A stretch of DNA of 64,000 nt from Arenicellales bacterium (GTDB lineage: Bacteria; Pseudomonadota; Gammaproteobacteria; Arenicellales; JAHEKD01): contig OZ242007.1 of assembly GCA_965204695.1 (NCBI GenBank), forward strand, positions 523,162 to 587,161. Direction: 5' to 3'. The notes under the pieces are model-generated. The model did not search any database, was not told the DNA's origin, and saw only the letters and a program-made list of their open reading frames with translations. Below, one piece after another: positions 1 through 8,145 of this stretch (the first letter of the stretch is position 1; each line of letters starts with the position of its first letter). A program made the position numbers and the translations under genes.

Positions 1-959
1 AACCAGCTTAGAATCTGCTTTTTACAGTATTCAATCATATCTTTTTCAGCAGCAAGCGAGAGGCACTTCATTCCCTTTACATCTTCCATCGCGAGATTAT
101 AAAGTGGCTCCTCAGGATATAGCTTTTTAATTTTTTTATAAAAATCTTTTGGCATACGAAAACCACCCATACTGACGGAATGTATTGAGTCTGCCGAAAT
201 TTTAGAAAATATCTTTTCAAACAATCGCTGGTAACTTTGTTCATAACCTCGATAAGTCACCATAGGGTCGAACCTCAGACCAAGCTTCCATCCTTGCTGC
301 TGTAAGCGTTGCATAACATTTAAACGCTTATCTACATTCGGCACACCATTCTCAAACCGCTTAGAAAAATCATCGGGTGTAAAACTAAAAGCAGCGACCA
401 CATTATCTAAAGGCCGTCGATCCAGTAACGACTGAGCCTGAGTACTTTTGGTTCTGATTTCTAAATATGCCCACGGGATTTGTTCAAACACGCTCAAGCA
501 AAAAGCCATAAATTCTGTTACCGGCTCAAATGCGAGACTGTCACAGTCATAACCTGAAAAAAACCAGGGTGATTGTGATTTATGCTCCGTTGCATACTTT
601 ATTATTTCGTCAGCGAAATCTTCATAATTAATAAACACAACATAATGAGCTGAACTGTACATACCCTGTAAAAAACAATAACGACAATCGTAGACACAGT
701 TAAGCATGTGGGAAAAATAGTAGTTAGAATCACCTCCCACACCGTATCCTGGCGGAGTTGGCAAAACTAAGCCTTTGTGCTTTTTAGCCAAAATTAACGA
801 CGGGTTTTGTTTTTGTAAACGAAAATTCTGAGCCTTAGGATTGAACACTTGTGAGTAGCGTTCGCACTGTATTCTTTCAGCCCTTGAGAATCTGCTCAAC
901 ACTTTTTGTGTTCGTGGATGTGAAGCTATCTCACGCTCTATGTAAACCGTAGAAACCAA
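1..959 (-). CDS. SPL-family radical SAM enzyme (spore-photoproduct-lyase-like); 3' end cut by window edge
   Basis: Absent from the ORF track because it is open at the window edge. Hand translation of the minus strand from TTG at 959 gives LVSTVYIEREIASHPRTQKV... with no stop through position 1. It carries the radical-SAM motif CVYDCRYC (CxxxCxxC) followed by FLQG. From memory it is colinear with B. subtilis SplB (LVYIEPRA, CHYCYLQ, RFSINADY-like blocks). The start lies 1 nt after the stop of the upstream ORF. Confidence 0.7.
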   Translation of the reverse strand, partial: MVSTVYIEREIASHPRTQKVLSRFSRAERIQCERYSQVFNPKAQNFRLQKQNPSLILAKKHKGLVLPTPPGYGVGGDSNYYFSHMLNCVYDCRYCFLQGMYSSAHYVVFINYEDFADEIIKYATEHKSQSPWFFSGYDCDSLAFEPVTEFMAFCLSVFEQIPWAYLEIRTKSTQAQSLLDRRPLDNVVAAFSFTPDDFSKRFENGVPNVDKRLNVMQRLQQQGWKLGLRFDPMVTYRGYEQSYQRLFEKIFSKISADSIHSVSMGGFRMPKDFYKKIKKLYPEEPLYNLAMEDVKGMKCLSLAAEKDMIEYCKKQILSW

Positions 960-960
960 A

Positions 961-1791
961 CTAAACTTCTAACCGAATTTTTTTCAATCTATCACTTAAT
1001 GAATTCAATACTTGTTTGGCATAGTCATATTGTAATAATTCTTGACCTGCTTGCTCGCCATGCACATCTAACGCCTTCAACAACTCCTCACATTGCAAAC
1101 GCTGAGCATAAGATAATTTGTACTTTTTATATATTTCTTTTTTAACATCAATAATTTGTATTTTATTATTAAAGTTTTTTATTAATTTAGTTTCAAGCTC
1201 ATTTAAGTAATAATCGACAACTTTAATCTGTTCCCCGATCATACTTGTAGCCAGACTAAGGGTAAATTCATTTAAGGGTTGATCCTGGTTGTCCGATACA
1301 AATTTAAAACTATTTACATATTCCAGGCTTGCAAACCGAGACACGGTTTGAAAAAAGGCACAGGCTTCCATATCGTAAAGTACTTTTTGAGGATAAGTTG
1401 TCTCTGGTTTATCCACAGTTACAAGCGCCTCACTATTTACAGCTGAAGAACGTAAAATATTGATTGGAAAAACAATTTTAGCCGATGTTGAATCGATGAC
1501 TTTATTTACTCGCCACAGACTACCGAGTGGATGAAAAGCATGTCCGGCGACCCCCAGGTTTGTCCACATGACTGGTTCATTGACCTGCCCTCTTAAGCCG
1601 CCAAGGTAGGCAGTCGCTGCTGCACAGTTGATTTTACCTTCACCACTAATGATTAACTTGACACTTTCATTAGCGTAAACCGGGAAAGCACCATGCCTAA
1701 TATCTTTGGTCAGTCGATATAATTCGATAAGTGGCTTAGCTTCAGACTGATGAGCAACAATGAAGTTTCGGTTTATTTTTTGGCTACCCAT
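961..1791 (-). CDS. PNP/UDP/MTAN-family nucleosidase/phosphorylase-like protein with a helical C-terminal extension of about 90 aa
   Basis: 276-aa ORF. The N-terminal ~185 aa resemble MTA/SAH-nucleosidase-type folds (IISGEGKINCAAATAYL, YDMEACAF). The C-terminal part is Lys/Glu/Leu-rich and predicted helical. Its ATG overlaps the upstream gene by 19 nt. Confidence 0.5.
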   Translation of the reverse strand: MGSQKINRNFIVAHQSEAKPLIELYRLTKDIRHGAFPVYANESVKLIISGEGKINCAAATAYLGGLRGQVNEPVMWTNLGVAGHAFHPLGSLWRVNKVIDSTSAKIVFPINILRSSAVNSEALVTVDKPETTYPQKVLYDMEACAFFQTVSRFASLEYVNSFKFVSDNQDQPLNEFTLSLATSMIGEQIKVVDYYLNELETKLIKNFNNKIQIIDVKKEIYKKYKLSYAQRLQCEELLKALDVHGEQAGQELLQYDYAKQVLNSLSDRLKKIRLEV

Positions 1792-2708
1792 AAGGTCACC
1801 GTCAACGGTGCATTGGATTTTGAAGTTGATTGCAGATGTTCAACTTGGGTGATTTTTAGGTCTGCATTTTGGCACCACTGAATCACTTCCTCATCAGCAA
1901 AACCTAATCTTCGGTGAGCATGTTCCTCACGTAATAATTCCATTTCGTGTGGAGCGAAATCCACAACCAATAAAAAACCTTTAGATTTAAGTAAACGCGA
2001 GGCTTCATTAATAACGATTACCGGGTCATTTAGATAATGCAATACGTGGTGTACTGTTATTAAATCGACGGATCCAGACGGCAGCGAAACGTTATGAATA
2101 TCACCATGGCGAACCTGGCAATGTGTCAATTGTTTTTCTTCGAGCTTGGCTCTGGCAATGGCTAGCATCTCCCGGTTAATATCGATACCCATACCTCGAA
2201 TGATGACATCACCAAATACTTCAAGCATGCGCCCAGTGCCGGTACCTAAATCCAACAAGTCCTCGATTTTCTTCCCTGCCACAGCATCAAGCATAGCTTG
2301 TTCAACCTTTTCTTCAGAAACATAAAGGCTGCGCAACTTATCCCATTGTTTGGCATTTTCCTGGAAATACGATTCTGCTTGCTGACGATGTTCTTGTCTT
2401 ATTTTTTGCATACGAGTTTCGTCCCGTTGCAATACATCATCATTATCGAGCAATTCGATTAGAGCTTGAGATAACTGCCTTCCTGGCTGCTTGTCAGTGA
2501 CCCGATAAAATACCCAAGCTCCTTCCTGAATACGATCCAGAATGCCTGCATCACACATTAACTTTAAATGCCGGGAAACCCGTGGTTGACTTTGGTCAAG
2601 TATGTAGGTGATCTCACTGACAGTGAGCTCGTTGCGAAATAGAATCGCTAACAATCTTAATCTTGTATGTTCGGCAACCGCCCTGAGGCCACCCAGAAGT
2701 TTTTCCAT
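1773..2708 (-). CDS. ArsR/SmtB-family HTH regulator fused to a class I SAM-dependent methyltransferase domain
   Basis: The N-terminus is a winged HTH (LRLLAILFRNELTVSEITYILDQSQPRVSRHLKLM). The C-terminal half has methyltransferase motif I, LLDLGTGTGRM. Confidence 0.85.
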   Translation of the reverse strand: MEKLLGGLRAVAEHTRLRLLAILFRNELTVSEITYILDQSQPRVSRHLKLMCDAGILDRIQEGAWVFYRVTDKQPGRQLSQALIELLDNDDVLQRDETRMQKIRQEHRQQAESYFQENAKQWDKLRSLYVSEEKVEQAMLDAVAGKKIEDLLDLGTGTGRMLEVFGDVIIRGMGIDINREMLAIARAKLEEKQLTHCQVRHGDIHNVSLPSGSVDLITVHHVLHYLNDPVIVINEASRLLKSKGFLLVVDFAPHEMELLREEHAHRRLGFADEEVIQWCQNADLKITQVEHLQSTSKSNAPLTVTLWVAKK

Positions 2709-2769
2709 GGTTTTGTTTTAACCTGATAACAGGCGCATTATAACGGATGTATTCGTATAAACTCTATCA

Positions 2770-3687
2770 ATGGCGATAACAACACATATTCTTGAAGCAT
2801 TGTTTCCGGTGCTGGCTCTGGTTGTTGCGGGTTATATCTTCAGAAAAAAAGGATTTCTTGGTAAGGATTTTTGGCGTGCGGCTGAGTCGCTAACTTATTT
2901 TGTTCTGTTTCCTTGTTTGATTTTATATCGCTTGATCAATGCCGATTTTTCCCAGTTTGAAATCAGTTCATTAGTTATAGTTGTATTAGCGTATTTTCTT
3001 ATCCTGACCCTATGCACCTGGTTGATCGATAAAAAGTTTTTGTCATTATCTCATGCACCATGGACATCATTTTTACAAGGTTCGATTCGCTACAATACTT
3101 TTATTGCATTAGCCCTTTCCGACAAGCTTTTTGGCGAACAACTGTTTGCCTTATCAGCGCTGATCGTCGGTCTATTTATTACTATTGTAAACATCATCAC
3201 TATTATCGCCTTTAGCGCTGAAGGCCGGCCTTCGCCAGTTACTATTGGTATGAATTTGATAAAAAACCCTTTGGTATTAGCTTCTATTATTGGTATCGGA
3301 ATAAACTTAAGCCAGATTAATATTCCTGTGTTTGTTAGTGACACACTATCTGTTTTTGGCCGCGGAGCATTACCGTTAGCGATTCTGGCAGTCGGTGCTG
3401 GATTGAAAATAAAGTCGCTAACCTCAATTGACTCACCAATTTTTTATTCGTCTATTAATAAACTACTGCTTTCACCTGTGCTAATGGCGATATTAGCTTT
3501 CATATTGATCGATGATCAGAGCACCCGCAATTTATTAATCATTTTTGCCAGCATCCCAACAGCCTCAGCGGCTTACATTATGGCCAGAAAACTTGGGGGT
3601 GACGCTGAATTAATGGCCAGTATTATTACTTTTCAAACAATTATTTCAACATTGTCAGTCACTGCAATTTTGTTTTTAACTTTGTGA
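2770..3687 (+). CDS. AEC-family (auxin efflux carrier-like) membrane transporter
   Basis: 305-aa polytopic hydrophobic protein. The N-terminus (LFPVLALVVAGYIFRKKGFLGKDF) is typical of the AEC/membrane transport family. Confidence 0.7.
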   Translation: MAITTHILEALFPVLALVVAGYIFRKKGFLGKDFWRAAESLTYFVLFPCLILYRLINADFSQFEISSLVIVVLAYFLILTLCTWLIDKKFLSLSHAPWTSFLQGSIRYNTFIALALSDKLFGEQLFALSALIVGLFITIVNIITIIAFSAEGRPSPVTIGMNLIKNPLVLASIIGIGINLSQINIPVFVSDTLSVFGRGALPLAILAVGAGLKIKSLTSIDSPIFYSSINKLLLSPVLMAILAFILIDDQSTRNLLIIFASIPTASAAYIMARKLGGDAELMASIITFQTIISTLSVTAILFLTL

Positions 3688-3689
3688 CT

Positions 3690-4415
3690 TTAATCCTCCA
3701 GCTCATAAACAACAGTGACAGAAGCTGAAATTTCCTGCTCACCGCCCATCACAGGTACCGAACTATCCATCATTTTCGCCTGACGCATTTCCGAGCGATG
3801 ATAAACAGGCTGTGGCATTCTAACCCCTGTTTCACTAATGCTTACCACGTCACCGACATCTACGTCTGCTGCGCCCGCATAAAGCTTAGCTTTTTTCTTA
3901 GCATTGGCAATCGCAGCTTTACGGGCTTGATCCAACAAAGCTTCATCATCGGCAAAACCAAAGCGAATTCCTGAAATTTGATTGCTACCAGACTCAACCA
4001 CATCATCCAATAAATCCCCTAACTTTTTGAGATTGGTCACTTTTACCGTTACATTATTAGTCACCTGATAACCGGTCAATTTGGGCGGCTTGTTATCTCT
4101 GGAATAATCGTATACCGGGTGAACATTAAAACCAGACGTTTGAATATTCTTCTCGTCAATATCCGCATCAAGGAACACTTCAATTACCTGTTCCATCAGT
4201 TGATTATTTTCTTTCAAGGCATCTGCCGCTGTTTTAGCTTGAGTGTTCACCCCACTAGAAATCCAGGCAGTATCCGGTGGTGCTGAAACTTCACCTTTAC
4301 CCGAAACGGTTATATATCGTCCTTTATCATCGGCCATTGCTAGACTTACCCCCATGAATAAAATAACCGCCACCAGTGCGGCATGGTTTAAGAATTTTAT
4401 CGGATTGAATAACAT
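3690..4415 (-). CDS. SIMPL-domain (DUF541 / BP26-like) periplasmic protein
   Basis: Motifs: ITVSGKGEVSAPPDTA, LTGYQVTNNVTVKV, ARKAAIANAKKKAKLYA. I moved the start to the ATG at 4415 (GGAG 7 nt upstream, followed by a signal peptide). The ORF track extends to 4463. Confidence 0.75.
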   Translation of the reverse strand: MLFNPIKFLNHAALVAVILFMGVSLAMADDKGRYITVSGKGEVSAPPDTAWISSGVNTQAKTAADALKENNQLMEQVIEVFLDADIDEKNIQTSGFNVHPVYDYSRDNKPPKLTGYQVTNNVTVKVTNLKKLGDLLDDVVESGSNQISGIRFGFADDEALLDQARKAAIANAKKKAKLYAGAADVDVGDVVSISETGVRMPQPVYHRSEMRQAKMMDSSVPVMGGEQEISASVTVVYELED

Positions 4416-4521
4416 AATAACTCCAAATAGTTTTACACATTGTGCCACGTAATACTTAATCATGGATTAACAATCTTGTTTGTTGTTATATTACAAACTC
4501 GTTGATACAGAAGTGCGGACC

Positions 4522-5487
4522 ATGACAAAAGAAATCAAATATCAGCCTTTACCATCAGATAAAATTCCTCGTTATGCGGATATAGCCACATTTATGCGAC
4601 TGCCGCACGTTAATGTTGAAAATGCTGACAATGTCGATGTAGGGATAGTTGGGGTCCCCTGGGACAGCGGTACTACCAATCGCCCAGGAGCACGCCACGG
4701 TCCTCGCCAGGTGAGAGAAATGTCAGCATTAATGCGTCGTTATCATCCTGTATTAGATATTAGTCCTTATGAATTGATAAACTGTGTCGACCTGGGAGAT
4801 TCACCAGTCAACCCGATCAACCTCAATGATGCTTTACAAGGCATTGAAAGTCATTTCGATAGTATTGTTGGTAAAAATATCACTCCCTTATCTTGTGGCG
4901 GTGATCATTTAACCACCTTACCTGTATTAAGAGCCCTCGCTAAACGATATGGCCCGGTGGGCATGATCCAGTTTGATGCTCATACCGATACTTGGGACAG
5001 TTATTTTGGGGATAATAAATTCACACATGGTACGCCTTTTAAGCGAGCAATTGAAGAAGGTGTTCTTGATCCCAAACGTTATGTACAAATCGGCATTCGT
5101 GGTGGCTTATATGACAAAAATGATTTTGCCTGGCAACAACAACAAGGCGTCACCATGTTCAGTATTGACGATTGTTTCTCGCAAGGCTTGGGTGAAATTT
5201 TGGAACAGGCTAATCAAATTGTGGGTAATGGTGATACCTATGTGACGTTTGATATTGATTGTTTGGATCCAGTATTTGCTCCGGGTACCGGCACCCCTGA
5301 AATTGGCGGTTTCACTAGTTATGATGTGCAACAAATGATCCGATTATTGCGAGGCAGAAATATCATTGGTGCCGACATGGTAGAAGTATCTCCACCATTT
5401 GATACGTCTGGGGGCACTGCTTTAATTGGAGCAACAGTACTGTTCGAACTATTGTGCATAATTGCCGATAACTTATCCGATAAATAA
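4522..5487 (+). CDS. Agmatinase/ureohydrolase-family guanidino-compound hydrolase
   Basis: Mn-binding arginase-fold motifs are present: FDAHTDTWD, SCGGDHLTT, FDIDCLDP, ADMVEVSPPFD. The start is set at ATG 4522; the track ORF begins at an upstream TTG. Confidence 0.85.
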   Translation: MTKEIKYQPLPSDKIPRYADIATFMRLPHVNVENADNVDVGIVGVPWDSGTTNRPGARHGPRQVREMSALMRRYHPVLDISPYELINCVDLGDSPVNPINLNDALQGIESHFDSIVGKNITPLSCGGDHLTTLPVLRALAKRYGPVGMIQFDAHTDTWDSYFGDNKFTHGTPFKRAIEEGVLDPKRYVQIGIRGGLYDKNDFAWQQQQGVTMFSIDDCFSQGLGEILEQANQIVGNGDTYVTFDIDCLDPVFAPGTGTPEIGGFTSYDVQQMIRLLRGRNIIGADMVEVSPPFDTSGGTALIGATVLFELLCIIADNLSDK

Positions 5488-5590
5488 TTGAACGGAAAAT
5501 CCGCAGCTTAATTTCAAGATACTCAAACTTGTTAAATAAATATTTCCTCAATGCTAGACTCAACAACACATCAGATTCACAGGAGATAGA

Positions 5591-6355
5591 ATGGGACGCT
5601 TAGATAATAAAATAGCTATTGTTACAGGCGGGGCTTCAGGTTTTGGCAGTGGTATTGTTGATTGTTTTGCGCGTGAAGGCGCCAAGGTCATGGTGGTTGA
5701 TATCAATGCTGACGCAGCAGCGGCTAAGGCTGAAAGTATTAATTCCTGTGGCGGAATGGCGGCTTCACTACAAGTTGATGTTACTAATCTGAACGACAAC
5801 CATGCTATGGTTGAAAAATGCAAAGCGGAATTTGGCGGCGTTGACATTTTGGTTGCTAATGCTGGCCTGGGCCAACGGCCCTGCCCTATAGAAGAAACCA
5901 GTGAGGAAGATTATGATCGCCAATTCAATGTAAATGTCAAAGGTGTGTTTTACAACTGTAAAGCTGTGCTACCAACATTCAGGCAACAAAAATCCGGTAA
6001 TATCATTATCACTGCATCTGGTATTGCACTTCGCCCCCGGCCTAATCTTGTTGTTTACGGTGCAACCAAAGGCGCTGTATTAAATCTGTCTAAAGGCCTG
6101 GCGCTTGAGCTCGCTCCTGAAGGAATTCGAGTCAATGCCCTTTGCCCAGGCCCTGGGGATACACCTATGCTAGCGGAATTTATGGGCGGTACAGAAACTG
6201 ATGAAGGACGGGAAAATTTTCGTTCAGTTTTGCCATTAGGTAAATTAATTCGCCCAGAGGACATGGGCGAAGCCGCTGTGTTCTTAGCAGATGAAAGTGC
6301 CTCGAGCCGGTTAACAGGATTGATGCTGCCCGTTGATAGCGGCAGGACAGTTTGA
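5591..6355 (+). CDS. Short-chain dehydrogenase/reductase (classical SDR)
   Basis: Cofactor motif TGGASGFG and catalytic motif YGATK (YxxxK). Confidence 0.85.
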   Translation: MGRLDNKIAIVTGGASGFGSGIVDCFAREGAKVMVVDINADAAAAKAESINSCGGMAASLQVDVTNLNDNHAMVEKCKAEFGGVDILVANAGLGQRPCPIEETSEEDYDRQFNVNVKGVFYNCKAVLPTFRQQKSGNIIITASGIALRPRPNLVVYGATKGAVLNLSKGLALELAPEGIRVNALCPGPGDTPMLAEFMGGTETDEGRENFRSVLPLGKLIRPEDMGEAAVFLADESASSRLTGLMLPVDSGRTV

Positions 6356-6390
6356 GGGATGTTTGCGAAATCGTCATTTCTACCACGACA

Positions 6391-6521
6391 CTTGTCATTC
6401 CGACCATCAACTTGTTATTCCGAGCGTAGCCGAGGAATCTCCTTACAATTGACTTTGCTTCGATTTAAGCCCGAGCAACGATTAGGAGATCCATATGCCA
6501 TTTCATGGCTCAGGATGACAA
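6391..6521. repeat. Composite copy of a dispersed intergenic repeat family (CTTGTCATYCC...GGAWCTCC)
   Basis: Three pieces: a 14-nt stub at 6391-6404 (cttgtcattccgac); a 32-nt unit at 6411-6442 (cttgttattccgagcgtagccgaggaatctcc); and an inverted 37-nt unit at 6485-6521 whose reverse complement is ttgtcatcctgagccatgaaatggcatatggatctcc. Related copies lie at 12392-12439 and 22411-22488. Confidence 0.7.
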
Positions 6522-6536
6522 AATGGAGTTAGTCAA

Positions 6537-8069
6537 ATGACCACCGAAACCTCAAGACTGCGGCGTGGTGGCGGGCGCACGGCTCGTAAAGCTGCCCGCA
6601 GCGATGAAGCAGAACAAATCAATCCCTGTCCACCCGGACAGATCGGCGGTCAATACAAACCTTTAACCGATTCTGATATCAAGCGAATCTACCAGACCGC
6701 TTTAAAAATACTCGCTGAAATTGGCATGGCCGATGTGCCAGACGTGTTAATGGAAAAAGCCTTGGCTAAGGGTGCCAGCATTAACGCTTTGGGCAGATTG
6801 TCTTTTTCACAAGCATTTATTGAAGATATTATAGATGGCGCGGCGAAGTCGTTTATGTTTTACGGGCGCGATCCAAAATATGATTTTGAAGTAGGTGGCG
6901 ATAAAGTGTATTTCGGCACCGGCGGTGCCGCTGTCCAAACACTGGATTTAGACACCGGCCTCTATCGCCCTTCAACGCTTGAGGATTTATATAACTTCAC
7001 CCGCCTGGTCGATTCTCTAACCAATGTGAGTTGGTTTACACGTTGCTGTGTAGCGACCGATATCCCGGATAATCGGGATCTTGATATAAATACTGCTTAC
7101 GCCTTACTCAAGGGTACGAGCAAACCTGTGGGGACCAGTTTCTTTATTGGTGACCATGTACATCCCGTTGTAGAAATGTTCGATATGGTTGCAGGGGGCG
7201 AAGGTAAATTTTCACAACGTCCGTTTTGCAAATCCCACATCAGCCCAATTATCTCGCCATTGAAATATGGTGAAGATGCAGTTGACGTCACACTGGCAAG
7301 TATTCAGCACAACATACCGATTAATGCCATCATTGCAGCTCAATCGGGTGCTACAGCACCGGCGACATTAGCTGGTATGTTGGCTCAAACAACGGCCGAA
7401 ACCTTAGCCGCATTAATCATGGTGAATTTGTTTCAACCCGGCCACCCAATGATTTTTTCTAACTGGCCATTTGTCATTGACCTGAGAACTGGCTCTTTTT
7501 GTGGTGGCGGGGGTGAAATTTCCATAATGAATGCAGCATCTGGACAAATCGGTAATTGGCTGGGCTTGCCTACTGGTGTTGCCTCTTCAATGGCAGATGC
7601 AAAAGCTGTTGATGCACAAATGGGCGCTGAAAAGGCTATCGCTGCCTTAGCTGCCGGTTTAGCCGGTTCAAATATGGTTTATGAATCTTCCGGCATGATG
7701 GCTAGTCTCTTGGGCGCATCCTTTGAAGCGTTTGTTCTCGATGATGAAATGTTGTCACATATTTACCGCACCATCCGCGGTGTTGAAGTTAATGATGAAA
7801 CCTTAGGCTTTGAAGCAATCAAAGAAGCAGTCACCGGGGCTGGACATTTTCTCGGTGGAATGCATACCATGGATGCCATGCAACGTGATTATTATTATCC
7901 ACAACTGGCTGATCGTAATCCCCCGGTCACCTGGGCCGAAGAAGGTGCAAACGATATTTGGTCAGTGGCAAAAGAAAAAGCTAAAACGATTTTGGATACA
8001 TACCATCCTGAATACATTGATGTAAAAATTGATCAAAAGATTCGAAATAAATTTAATATATTACTTTAG
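6537..8069 (+). CDS. MttB-superfamily (trimethylamine methyltransferase family) protein, non-pyrrolysine type
   Basis: 510 aa with the N-terminus RLRRGGGRTARKAARS typical of proteobacterial MttB homologues. The frame is uninterrupted with no in-frame TAG. GGAG lies upstream of the ATG. Confidence 0.75.
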   Translation: MTTETSRLRRGGGRTARKAARSDEAEQINPCPPGQIGGQYKPLTDSDIKRIYQTALKILAEIGMADVPDVLMEKALAKGASINALGRLSFSQAFIEDIIDGAAKSFMFYGRDPKYDFEVGGDKVYFGTGGAAVQTLDLDTGLYRPSTLEDLYNFTRLVDSLTNVSWFTRCCVATDIPDNRDLDINTAYALLKGTSKPVGTSFFIGDHVHPVVEMFDMVAGGEGKFSQRPFCKSHISPIISPLKYGEDAVDVTLASIQHNIPINAIIAAQSGATAPATLAGMLAQTTAETLAALIMVNLFQPGHPMIFSNWPFVIDLRTGSFCGGGGEISIMNAASGQIGNWLGLPTGVASSMADAKAVDAQMGAEKAIAALAAGLAGSNMVYESSGMMASLLGASFEAFVLDDEMLSHIYRTIRGVEVNDETLGFEAIKEAVTGAGHFLGGMHTMDAMQRDYYYPQLADRNPPVTWAEEGANDIWSVAKEKAKTILDTYHPEYIDVKIDQKIRNKFNILL

Positions 8070-8145
8070 TTTTATCGCTTAAATAATGCTTCTTTAAATT
8101 TTTGAATGTTATATTCTAGCAACGGATTAACACCCAGATAGATGC

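Noticed and set aside
4480-4521. N-terminal extensions in the ORF track. The same applies to the track starts at 4463, 11097, 26849, 30034, 40815 and 53346.
   Set aside because: In each case an internal ATG gives the conserved family N-terminus or a proper signal peptide and SD sequence. The upstream extension would overlap the neighbouring gene or add non-conserved residues.
5560-5847. A 95-aa minus-strand ORF rich in Ala, Pro and Ser.
   Set aside because: It is antisense to the N-terminal Rossmann region of the SDR gene and has no independent support.
6537-8069. A possible pyrrolysine (in-frame TAG) in the MttB homologue.
   Set aside because: The 510-codon frame is uninterrupted. No pylSBCD genes and no tRNA are visible. 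It is a non-Pyl family member.
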